Source of the DNA: Balanoglossus misakiensis
Lineage: Eukaryota; Animalia; Hemichordata
Assembly: GCA_040954595.2 (NCBI GenBank)
Contig: CM082579.2
Coordinates: 12,277,834 to 12,341,833, forward strand
Direction of reading: 5' to 3'
DNA length: 64,000 bases
Position numbers and translations under genes: made by a program. Under the pieces are notes generated by a model that saw only the letters and a list, made by a program, of their open reading frames with translations, searched no databases and had not been told where the DNA came from. This document shows positions 42,095-54,525 of the stretch, one piece after another (position 1 is the stretch's first letter; the number at the start of each line of letters is the position of its first letter).

Positions 42095-42699
42095 AAACGG
42101 TAAAGCTGCGTACCACAGCTAGTCTTTTACCAGTGTGTCTTACTGTGAAAATAATTGGCAGTGATTACGATCTGCTGATTAACACCCTCTTAGTTAAATC
42201 AGAAAAAAATCATCAACATCTGTATAAAAAAAATACTCAACTTCGACACAGTTACGTGCAACTTGTCTTCTAGTAACAGACAGCAAACTGATTAATGTGC
42301 TCACCACCTGAACAGGTTAATCCCATAGTGACTCATTGTTTGTTTCCTTAACAGATAAACCGCATCAACACCTAACAAAATCCATGCCTAGTTTTCTGTG
42401 TAATGGCAGATGTATCAACTGATATTTATTTGCAATCTAAAATGAAAGCGGAATAAAAAGACCATTTTCACAACATTTTCATCAACAACCCAATTCTGGC
42501 CATATTGCTCCATTGACCAATAGGAAATCCAGCAGGTTGAAAAGGCTTTTCAACTAAAATAAATTCGCTAATGTTTCAAATATAAATGTCTTCGTGTCTT
42601 TTAATACAAGTGTGTCCACTATGAGTACGACCAGTCGCACAAGCGCCTCTTTAAGTTCAGGCGACGAAAGCCTTAAACACAACAGCTTTTATATACAGA

Positions 42700-42982
42700 T
42701 GATATTGTTCCTCCCTCGCATTCGAGGATGAGCTTGACTCCATATCAGGTCGAAGGTCAGTTGTTGTGGGTCCGGAGATGACTGATGAAGCCGATCCAGG
42801 CCCGTAGGGCACGCCCACATACGGGACATGTGTGGGTGGGTGCTGCGTTGGAAATGTTGGCGAGCTTTGCGCGCTTCACGTTTCTGCTGCGCTTTTGTCG
42901 TGCGTCGCTTCTCTGCTGCACGGGCGCCAGTGGAGACTTTGCTACGCCTCGTTGGGCGGTTGGTAGCAAGCTGCTCCCAAGA
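42700..42982 (-). mobile_element. RTE-clade LINE 3' end, copy 1
   Basis: C-terminal C2H2-like motif HTCPVCGRALRAWIGFISHLRTH plus a short 3' UTR. Confidence 0.85.
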
Positions 42983-45699
42983 GAAGCAGGTATATTTGTT
43001 GTTAGATATCAGCGTGATTTATCAGATAGGTAAACAGGCATATATAAGTCGAGATCGCATCAATAATTTTGCTGCCTGATCTCTGTGAGGATACAACTAT
43101 GTAGCAACTGACATGTCGGCCTTTGCAAAGGGAATTATTTTTAATTTGCTTTCATTTTAGGATGCAAATATACTGATTGAAGTTGCATAGGGACCGCTAT
43201 ATGTGTTCCATGTACTGACGTGCTTTATCCATTAAATATTTAAACATTAATGGATTTGCTTTAGGTGATGAGCTTTCCAACTTGCTGTGTTTGGTCCATG
43301 GAGTTTTGACGGGAAAAAATGGCCAGAAATTGGTCACATGTGTTTTTTTAGATATTGATGTGGTTTAACTTATACCAAACAGATATTCCTGTTTCTTTAA
43401 TTTCAGGTCGTTATTACATGGATTTGTTTGGCATTTTAGACATGTGGTATGTACAGTTCAACTTAAACCACTTATAAATGCTGATCAGATCTTTTTTATC
43501 TCATCTTTGAACTATTTTAATTATTTTCGTTTTATTAGAACGCCTAGTTGTTCAGACCTAATCTATTTTTGCCAAGTGGAGGCATTCTGTATCAGTTGAA
43601 CTAGATTATCTAGATGCTGGATAAACATTTGAATATGCTTTCATTTTAGAATGCAAATAAGTAGCCACTGACCGTGCAGTTGCATAGAAGACTAGGAATG
43701 TGTTTTCCAGTTGATGTGGTTTTTGTGAGTGTTTTTTATTTGATTTGGAAAGCCGTTAATCACATTTATCAATACTTTGGATAAACCCTGTCTCAATGTG
43801 CGGTGTTTCTAAATAAAGTTTTTTTATTCCACTTTCATTTTAGGTTGCAAATAAGTAGCAAGTGATACGTCCGCCATTACAGAGAAAACTACGCATGGAT
43901 TTTGATAGGTATTGATGCGGTTTTTCTGAAACAATCATTCACATTGGCATTAACCTGTGCAGGGTGTGACCGCATTAATCAGTTTGCTGTCTGTTACCAA
44001 AAGACAAGTTGCACGTTAGTGTGTCAAAGTTGAGTAATTTTTGTATAAAGGTGTTGAGTTTAGACAGTTTGGAAGTAAATAAGTGTATCATCAACAGATG
44101 TCAATTTGTATTACAGTTGTCTTTGAGGATTTAAGGGGCGCTCATCAGCAGATCATACCCAAAGTGGACGCACTTGTGAAAGACACGAACGCAAATTTAA
44201 TAGTTGAAACATTAGCGAATTTGATGCGGTTTATCTGTTAAGGAAACAAACAGTGAGTCACTGTGGGATTAACCTGTTCAGGTGGTAAGCACATTAATTA
44301 GTTTGCTGTCTGTTACCAGAAGACAAGTTGCACGTAACTGTGTCGAAGTTGAGTATTTTTTTTATACAGATGTTGATGATTTTTTTCTGATTTAACTAAG
44401 AGGGCGCCAATCAGCCAATCGTACTCACACCCAATCATTCTCATATCAGACACATTGATAAAAGACATGAATGCAATTTAAAAACTACCGTAATATATGG
44501 AACAGTGTCATTCAACCGAATTTTTAATTAATCGCGAATTTTGAGGTTTAATTTTGTAAAGGTGTGGAGAAAAATTCAGAGGTTTTGTTTTCACACATAT
44601 TCATTGAGACAAGGTTTATATCTAAAGTAGTGTGAATTGTATTGATAAATGCGATGAACGCCTTTCCAAATCAAACAAAAACACTTATATAAACACAACC
44701 GAATAGAAAAACACATTCCTAGTCTTCTAGGCAACTGCACGGCCAGTGTCTACTTATTTGCATTCTAAAATGAAAGAAGATTTATAAATTGTCTATCTTT
44801 CATCTAGATAAACTAATTCAACTGATACAGAATGTCCCCACTTGGCAAAAATCGATAACACAAACTATTAGATATGAACAACTAGGCATTGTTCCTATAA
44901 AACGACATTGATAAAATAGTTCAAAGATGAGAAATTTAGCGACGCTGCACAGTGACACATGGTTTATCCAAAGTAGCATGAATTAAATTGATAAATTTGA
45001 CACTCATGTGTTTACTAAAGACATCAATCACATCAGTACATGGCATAATAAATTCCTAGTCTTCTTTGCGACTGCACAGTCGGTGTCTACTTATTTGCAT
45101 TCTAAAATGAAGGAAGATTAAAAAATTGTTTATCTGGCATCCAGATAAACTAATTCAACTGATACAGAAGGTCTCAACTTGGCAAAAATCGATAACACAA
45201 CCGATATTTTCTTATAAATCGAAAATGATTAATATACTTCAAAGATGAGATAATAAGATTAGCATTTAAAAGTGGTTTACGTTGAACTTTTGCGTCCTAA
45301 TATGAAAGCAGGATAAACACCTCATTTTATCTAAATTTCTTCAAATTCAGTTATGGGCCATTATTTTTAAACTGAACATATTTTCAAAGAAAACAAAAAT
45401 TGTTCTCAGTTTTGCGTAATTATACCACAGGATTTACATTTATTAATTTATTTCATTATTTTCAAAACGTTTCAAATATTTCACTCAGTTCATAAATTCC
45501 CATGCTTGTTGACGCTCAAACAACGGAGAAAAATTCGGAGGTAACTGTGTATAAGTGTATGACTTGATATTTCATAGTTGATATACCTTCATAATTTGCT
45601 TGATTTGCCGTTAGTGCATTGAGTGTAGACAGAGGATAATGGCCTGAAATGGGTGTCTGATGTAAATGGAGCGTTTATTCTGCTTCCATTTTAATATAC

Positions 45700-46092
45700 A
45701 GATGATATTGTTCCTCCCTCGCATTCGAGGATGAGCTTGACTCCATATCAGGTCGATGGTCAGTTGTTGTGGGTCCGGAGATGACTTATGAGGCCGATCC
45801 GGGCCTGTATGGCACGACCACACACGGGACAGGTGTGGGTGGGTGCTGCGTTGGAAGTGTTGGCAGCTCGAGCTTTGCGTGCTTCACGTTTCTGCTGCGC
45901 TTCTGTCGTGCATCGCTTCTCTGCTGCGCGGGCGCCAGTGGAGACTTTGCTACGCCAGGTTGGGCGGTTGGTAGCAAGCTGCTCCCAAGTGCTGATGTTA
46001 TTATCCATGTCCTTGAGGGACGCTTTGAGGCTGTCCTTAAAGCGTTCCTTCTGTCCCCCAACTGAGCGCTTTGTCTGCCTTTGCAAAGAGAA
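45700..46092 (-). mobile_element. RTE-clade LINE 3' end, copy 2 (longer)
   Basis: KRSVGGQKERFKDSLKASLK...WEQLATNRPTWR...HTCPVCGRAIQARIGLISHLRTH, with the same flanks as copy 1. Confidence 0.9.
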
Positions 46093-47870
46093 CCGGGTAT
46101 ATTTGTTGTGATTTATCAGATAGGTAAACAGGCATATATAAGTCGTGATAGCATCAATCATTTTGCTGTCCGATCTCTTTGATGATATTCCTGTTTCTTT
46201 AATTTCAGGTCGTTATTACATGAATTTGTTTGGCATTTTAGACATGTGGTACGTACAGTTCAGCTTAAACCACTTATAAATGCTGATCAGGTCTTTTTTA
46301 TCTCATCTTTGAACTATTTTAATTATTGTCGTTTTATTAGAACAATGCCTAGTTGTTCAGACCTAATCTATGTTTGCCAAGTGGAGGCATTCTGTATCAG
46401 TTGAACTAGATTATCCAGATGCTCGATAAACATTTGAATATGCTTTCATTTTAGAATGCAAATATGTAGCCACTGACCGTGCAGTTGCATAGAAGACTAG
46501 GAATGTGTTTTCCAGTTGATGTGGTTTTTGTGAGTGTTTTTTATTTGATTTGGAAAGCCGTTAATCACGCGGTGTTTCTAAATAAAGTTTTACAATGAAT
46601 ATGTGTGAAAAAAATACCTTTGGCGAGTAAAAAATCAAATTAAGTGAAATGAAGGATATGCTATGAGCTGAGTAGAGCGGCATTGTTGACTATCGTTCCT
46701 GATCAAATAGTTTACTTAGAAACTGTCTTATTCACGTTACATGTTGAACAGAGTGAAATATTTTATTGTTTTTTTTAATGAAAAACATTAATAAATGTAA
46801 ATTCTGTTGTATAATTACGCCAAACTGAGTACATTTTTTCTTTGAAAATATGTTCAGTGATAAAATAATGACCCATAACTAGTATTCGATGAAATTTAGG
46901 TGAAATGAGGATTTTTATCCTGCTTTCATATTAGGATGCAAATTTTGTTTGAGGATTTCATCGCTTGAACTTAAGGGGCGCTCGTCAACAGATCGTACTC
47001 ATAGTGGACGCAATTGTATTAAAAGACATGAACACAATTTTATTATTTGAAACATAAGCGAATTTGTTTTAGTTTAAAAGCCTTTCCAACCTGCTGGGTT
47101 TGCTATTGGTTCATGGAGCTTTGACAGAAAAAAATGTCCAGAATTGGGTTTTTGATGAAAATGTTATGCAGATGGTCGTTTTATTCCACTTTCGTTTTAG
47201 GTTGCAAATAGGTAGCAAGTGATACGTCCGCCATTACAGAGAAAACTACGCATGGATTTTGATAGGTATTGATCAGTTTGCTGTCTGTTACCAAAAGACA
47301 AGTTGCATGTTAGTGTGTCAAAGTTGAGTAAATGTTGTATAAAGGTGTTGGGTTTAGACAGTTTGGAAGTAAATAAGTGTATCATCAACAGATGTCAATG
47401 ATGACTTAATTTTGTATTAAAGCGATTGTCTTTGAGGATTTAAGGGGCGCTCATCAGCAGATCATACCCACAGTGGATGCACTTGTAAAAGACACGAACG
47501 CAATTTTAATAGTTGAAACATTAGCGAATTTGATGCGGTTTATCTGTTAAGGAAACAAACAGTGAGTCCCTGTGGGATTAACCTGTTCAGGTGGTAAGCA
47601 CATTAATCAGTTTGCTGTCTGTTACCAGAAGACAAGTTGCACGTAACTGTGTCGAAGTTGAGTAATTTTTTTATACAGATGTTGAGGATTTTTTTCTGAT
47701 TTAACTAAGAGGGCGCTAATCACCCAATCGTACTCACACCCAATCATTCTCATATCAGACACATTGATAAAAGACATGAATGCAATTTAAAAAGTACCGT
47801 AATATATGAAACAGTGTCATTCAACCAAATTTTAAATTAATCGCGAATTTTGAGGTTTAATTTTGTGGAG

Positions 47871-47905
47871 TTAGGGTTAGGGTTAGGGTTAGGGTTAGGG
47901 TTAGG
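47871..47905 (+). repeat. Interstitial telomeric repeat (TTAGGG)5 TTAGG
   Basis: Directly visible, and absent from the paralogous satellite sites at ~44565 and ~58628. Confidence 0.95.
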
Positions 47906-48733
47906 AGAAAAATTCAGAGGTTTTGTTTTCACACATATTCATTGTAAAAAAAATTAAATAGACACCGCACACTGAGACAAGGTTTATCTAAAGTAGTGTG
48001 AATTGTATTGGTAAATGCGATGAACGCCTTTCCAAATCAAACAAAAACACTTATATAAACCCAACCAAATAGAAAAACACATTCCTAGTCTTCTAGGCAA
48101 CTGCACGGTCAGTGGCTACTTACTTGCATACTAAAATGAAAGAAGATTTAATTTTTTGTTATCTAGCATCTAGATAAACTAATTCAACTGATACAGAATG
48201 TCACCACTTGGCAAAAATCCATAACACAAACGATTAGATCTGAACAACTAGGCATTGTTCGCATAAAACGAAAATGATTAGAATAGTTCAAAGGTGAGAA
48301 ATTTAGCGACGCTGCACAGTGAGACATGGTTTATCCAAAGTAACATGAATTAAATTGATAAATTTGACACTCATGTGTTTACTAAAGACATCAATCACAT
48401 CAGTACATGGAATAATAAATTCCTAGTCTTCTTTGCGTCTGCACAGTCAGTGTCTACTTATTTGCATTCTAAAATGAAGGAAGATTTAAAAATTGCTTAT
48501 CTGGCATCCAGATAAACTAATTCAACTGATACAGAAGGTCTCAACTTGGCAAAAATCGATAACAGAACCGATAATTTCTGAACAATAAGACATTGTTCTT
48601 ATAAAACGAAAATGATTAAAATAGTTCAAAGATGAGACAATAAGTCTTGATTAGCATTTACAAGTGGTTTAAGTTGAACTTTACATGCCACATGTCTAAA
48701 ATGCCGAACAGATTCATGTGATAACCACCTTAA

Positions 48734-50055
48734 AGAGTTTATTATACCTATCAAAATGTATTTTTCATTGTTTGACTGTAAACTAAAATTGCATTCATGA
48801 TTTGAATTCTGGTGTCGTTTTTTTATTCTCGTCGATGAATAAATGTTATCCTGAAAAATTTTCACCCCTTCAAAAAAATCTCTGTCTGAACGGCCCCGTT
48901 ACGTGTGACGTCATTGGGGCTCTCCTTCGCTTTTAGTCTACAATTCATCGCATCGAGAAGCGTACATGTCGCGACGTCTACTTAACTTTTATGGCGTCAA
49001 CGGTTAATACGGTCAGTGACGAGGCAATTTTTTGGGAGAGTATATGATTCAGAAAGTAGCGATGGAGAGTTTTGGGCTCTCCATCGCTGCTTTCAAGGAA
49101 ATTCCTGGCCACAGCCGTATAGATTTGAACCAGCAAGGCGTGAGGTATCTCCTCAACCTGTTCGGGCTGGTGGGCAATCCGTCGATGTACCGAGCGAAGA
49201 AATGCCTGCAAGCGCGGGTCCAGATTCGCCTGAGCCTTCTCGAGTGGGAAATATAGATTGGTGAATAAGCATCATTTTCTGTTTTTTATTTTACAATAAA
49301 TATGTCCAATAAAATGGTCAGGGAGTGGTTCAGTGAAACTCAAATATTCTCGTAGCAGATCTGCCTCCCGATACGGAGGTCTGCGCTCGTCTGGTCACCG
49401 ATATATACACAAAGAACCCGACACGGTCCGTACTAAAATTTGTCTTCTGTATGCTTCTTTAGTATTAACGCTTAAAACATCATTGCTGACATTTCTGTTG
49501 TGAAAAAAAAAACGTAATGGGACGACAAATTTCATACATAAATATCACAGATAAACTCCCTGTTCACAAGCGACCGGTTACCCAAAACTGGCATAACACC
49601 AGTACAGTTCCATTCATCATTACCTTTACGGCGATGTAGTGACCTTTGGGCCGTTTTGTACGAAGCGCTCCCATTTTTCTCTCAGTCCTTTGCTTTTCGG
49701 AAATCTATGTACACTATGTACACTACGGATAGTGTTTTTACAGCCCCGACGACGCATCGTTTGACCATAATGATGGAAACGCGGGACCCTCGGTTTGGGC
49801 TAGGCTGTGCAACGATATCACTGTTTACATACTGGCAACGACTTCCCCCAATGACGTCATGTCACGTGGTCTATACACAGCAAATACGAATTGAGATTTT
49901 TTTTTGAGCGACATGAATTTCGACAATTTTATTAATGAATCATTAATTATAGAAAACCATAGCCAAAATATAATGTCTTGATTCGGATAAAATGGTTATT
50001 TTACTAAAACAATCTTTAGCATTTAAATGAAATAAAAATAGGTATAATAATTCCT
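48734..50055. mobile_element. Internally deleted Kolobok transposon (KolX start on +, THAP transposase start on -)
   Basis: TTAA TSD (48730-48733, 50056-50059) splits the satellite motif CCACCTTAACAAATAAA. TIR is AG..(A/T)TTATTATACCTAT. The + strand reads QPYRFEP...RVGNIDW|gt. The - strand from ~49768 reads MVKRCVVG/CKN...HRFPK...REKWERFV (THAP, frameshifted). Confidence 0.85.
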
Positions 50056-52665
50056 TTAACAAATAAAAAAAACGGTGATTATAGTTTAACGACATTAAGA
50101 TCGAAAAAGAATGCCAAGTTCTCTGTGCAAAGGCAGGCATATTAATTCTATTTATTTGCATCATAAAATGAAAGAATAATAACAAATACATATATGCAAC
50201 AAATTTGTGTAAACACCAATTTCTTGCCATTTTTTTCTGTCAAACTGCATGGACTTTTGGTAAACAAAGCAAGCTGAAAAGGTTAAATCAACTTAAACAA
50301 ATTCTCCAATGATTCAACTATTAAAATTGCGTTCGTGTCTTTTACAAGTGCGTCCACTTTGGGTATGGTCTGCTGATGAGCGTTACTTAAATCCTCATAG
50401 ACAACTGTTTTAATACAAAATTAAGTCGCCATTGACATCTGTTGATGATACACTTATTTACTTCCAAACTATCTAAACTCAACACCTTTATACAAAAATT
50501 ACTCAACTATGACACAGTTACGTGCAACTTGTCTTCTGGTAACAGACAGCAAAATGATTAATGTGCTCACCACCTGAACAGGTTCATCCCACAGTGACTC
50601 ACTGTTTGTTTCCTTAATAGATAAACCGCATCAATACCTAACAAAATACACGCCTAGTTTTCTGTGTAATGGTAGACGTATCAATTGCTATTTATTTGCA
50701 ACCTAAAATGAAAGCGGAATAAAAAGACCATTTGCACAACATTTACATCATAAACCTAATTCTGGCCATTTTTATCAAAACTCCACGGACTAATAGCAAA
50801 CCCAGCAGGTTGAAAAGGCTTTTAAACTAAAACAAATTCGCTTATGTATCAAATATTAAAATTGTGTTCATGTCTTTTAATGCCATTGTGTCCTCTATGA
50901 GTACGATCTGTTGACGAGCGCCCCCTTAAGTTCAAGCGACGAAAGCCTTAAACCATTGCGGCCCAAACGCCGCCCTCTCTGGGCAGTATTTCTGTGGCGC
51001 GTTTCAATAGCTTATGAATAATTAATTAGCGCGATCATGGCGGTCGCTCAGCGGAGCTGAAACCTGAATACAGTGAAATTCGGTAAGTGTTTCTTGTCAT
51101 TTTTTAAAGATCTACTGCACCATACATCATAGTGTTCACAGTAAACGAAACAAAATTATTATTTCATCTGTACAATTCATATTGAATCACTGAAATAACT
51201 TTAAAAATAACTGTTGCTGAGGGGTCAGGAGAGTAGCATAATCGAGGATAACCTTAATAAGATCAGTGCTGCTAAAAGACTAGTAAAACGGGCTAAAACC
51301 CGTCTTGCTAGACTTGAGCAGAGGAATAATAATGTGAGACAGGAGTTGGGTGCTAGGACCTACAGTATAAAGGTACAGTGAGTTTAAACGATTGAATAAA
51401 TTTAATTTGTCAGTTTTACTCAAATAGAATTCAATCATATGCACAGTTAGCAAATGTTAGAGGAACATCGTCTGTTTTTATCATGCGAATTTTGAATTTC
51501 TTGGGATTACTAGCTTGCTCCTATAATCACAATGAAATGCTCAAAATTTAGGCTGATAAATCCACTAACCTCTTCATGTACATTTTTTGTGTAATCTTGC
51601 AGAGAAAACTAGATGCTTTGCAACCCAGGTGGATTCACAAGAATTCAGAAGTGTGTAAAGATAACAGTGAGGTTTTGAAATTATCACGGCGTGAACAGTA
51701 TGAACGTAGATGTAAAACCTTGTCAGCCGCCACATCTATTCATGTATCAACAACCGATACCAGTTTAGCCACTGGTGTAGGTAATTTTACCAAATTGAAA
51801 CCTTCAAAAGCTGCACTTGATGGTTTGTGGTTCACCCTCATCAACTCTGCCAAACCTGAACAGATTGAAACCTATTTGAAAACATCACCTCAAATCAGAG
51901 AGAAATTAGTAGACAAATCTATTGATCAATTTGAAAAAAAGTGAAAGCAATTTAATAAGGAGTGTCAGAGTTCTGTATGAGGGTGGAGTGCTACCAAAAC
52001 GCAAATACACTTGTCTGAGGCTGAGTGAACTGCAAACATCATCTAAAATACAAAATCCAAGTAGAGCAATGCAGTTTCACTTTGGCTGCAGAATACCAAG
52101 ATTACTGACATACAACAAAGTTGTACGCTAAACAGTATAGAAAACATTTTCCAATTTCCGAAAAACCTCTTTTTTACATTATTACTGCTGAAAAAGTTAG
52201 AAATTTATGAAAATATTCCTTATTCTTTGCCAATTTCTAATGAAAAAATTACATAAAGGTATTCTTAGTCTCTTTCCTGCAGCTGTACAGCAGGAAAAAT
52301 GCATTTTGTCATATTTTGGCTTTAAACTCAAATTAAAATTTATCTGTGAAAAAACTGAGTCTCCTTCAAAGCCACGTACATGACAGTCCTTTTGATTTTT
52401 TTCTAATGAAATTTTGTCTCCATGTTTATCATGAGTAATATTTCTATTGAAAATTTGCAAGTGTGTGAATTGTTTGTAAAATTTCGCCAGAAAAAACAAT
52501 AGCATCAAAAAGTAAATCTGAAACCCAATATTTATTACAAGAATTGTTAGATTAATATCCGTATCACACAAATCCGTTGGATTTCGTATGAATTTTAGGA
52601 AATAAGCACTGCTAATTGACAAATCCATATTTTGCAGCTGAAATACTTGGAAAAGAGTCAGTGGC

Positions 52666-52977
52666 ATGTGAGAGCTTGGAAATTTCCAAGCACTGACAAG
52701 GGTCAGTGGTCGGAAATTTCCAGACACTCAGGGAATGTGAGAGCTTAGAAATTTCCAAGCACTGACAAGGGTCAGTGGTCGGAAATTTCCGGACACTCAG
52801 GGAATGTGAGAGCCTGGAAATTTCCAAGCACTGACAAGGGTCAGTGGTCGGAAATTTCCAGACACTCAGGGAATGTGAGAGCTTAGAAATTTCCAAGCAC
52901 TGACAAGGGTCAGTGGTCGGAAATTTCCAGACACTCAGGGAATGTGAGAGCCTGGAAATTTCCAAGCACTGACAGGG
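52666..52977 (+). repeat. 69-bp minisatellite, left array (~4.5 units)
   Basis: Unit GAATGTGAGAGC(C/T)T(A/G)GAAATTTCCAAGCACTGACAAGGGTCAGTGGTCGGAAATTTCC(A/G)GACACTCAGG, period 69 (52733 to 52802). Confidence 0.95.
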
Positions 52978-53046
52978 TCGTGGTAGTCCCCCGTACAGGT
53001 CTGCGTTCTCCCGGCGTTTAATACATGACTTCCACCACATCTCTGC

Positions 53047-53440
53047 AAGGCTCCATGGACAAAACTGATTCGTCTGAGATCCGGATCCGGACAGCAGCTT
53101 TTCGGCCGAGATTCGATTTTATCGGGGGGAATCTTTCCCCCGTCTACCCACAAATGACTCCAAATATGATGTAATTAACTTCCGAGCCGCTCGCTTTCTG
53201 ATTTTCTCTTGTGTTTACCTGTTGAGATCGCCATATTGAATACAGTGAGGTTATCTCAATGGGTAAACACAAAAGTTTCAGAAAGCGAGCGGTTCGGATG
53301 TTAGAAGAAGTCAATCGTGGAGTCGGTTATAACCGGTTAGTAGACAGGGAAAGGATATTCTCCCGATAAAATCGAATTTCAGCGAAAAGCTCTGGTACGG
53401 ATCTGGACCGCAGATGCAACAGGTTTGTCTAAGGAGCCTT
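53047..53440. mobile_element. Imperfect palindromic MITE-like core inside the nested element
   Basis: Paired segments AAGGCTCC/GGAGCCTT, ATTCGATTTTATCGGG/CCCGATAAAATCGAAT and CCGCTCGCTTTCTGA/TCAGAAAGCGAGCGG. Confidence 0.7.
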
Positions 53441-53889
53441 AGCGTCACAATGTTCATGACAGGCTTCGCCTACCAACTCCTCTGAGTTAGCCCATACACT
53501 AGTTGTTTATTGGGAATTGGTATTGTTTATCTGACATAATTGTTCTTTCTACTCTGTATACAAAGTCACAACTTCACAACTACCAAATGCTATTGTTCTT
53601 GAATTATGCAGTGTTACCAAATGTCACAGTTCAAACCACTGTTTATAAAGAAGTATTGGCCATCCCGCCTCTCTCTTCATTCCGAACCTATTCCCAAGTG
53701 TACGCGGTACATTTGTTGGTGCCGAGACCAGGATGTCGGGCATGGAGAGAGAGAAGAACAGCAGAAGAGGCCACCGCAGTCAAATGACCAATCTCATCCG
53801 TAGGGTTGAAGATATAAACACAGGCGCAGTTCCTCAACAGATCGTTTTCCTAAAGGCCATAATTTGAAACATGATAGAGAAACTCAAGA

Positions 53890-54525
53890 TTTCCAAGCAC
53901 TGACCCTGTCAATGCTTGGAAATTTCCAGGCTCTCACATTCCCCGAGTGTCTGGAAATTTCCGACCACTGACCCTGTCAGTGCTTGGAAATTTCTAAGCT
54001 CTCACATTCCCTGAGTGTCTGGAAATTTCCGACCACTGACCCTTGTCAGTGCTTGGAAATTTCCAGGCTCTCACATTCCCTGAGTGTCCGGAAATTTCCG
54101 ACCACTGACCCTTGTCAGTGCTTGGAAATTTCCAGGCTCTCACATTCCCTGAGTGTCTGGAAATTTCCGACCACTGACCCTTGTCAGTGCTTGGAAATTT
54201 CTAAGCTCTCACATTCCCTGAGTGTCTGGAAATTTCCGACCACTGACCCTTGTCAGTGCTTGGAAATTTCTAAGCTCTCACATTCCCTGAGTGTCTGGAA
54301 ATTTCCGACCACTGACCCTTGTCAGTGCTTGGAAATTTCCAGGCTCTCACATTCCCTGAGTGTCTGGAAATTTCCGACCACTGACCCTTGTCAGTGCTTG
54401 GAAATTTCCAGGCTCTCACATTCCCTGAGTGTCCGGAAATTTCCGACCACTGACCCTTGTCAGTGCTTGGAAATTTCCATGCTCTCACATTCCCTGAGTG
54501 TCTGGAAATTTCCAGACACTGACCC
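53890..54525 (-). repeat. 69-bp minisatellite, right array (~9 units, inverted relative to the left)
   Basis: Reverse complement of the left unit. It explains the spurious 23-aa repeat ORFs. Confidence 0.95.
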
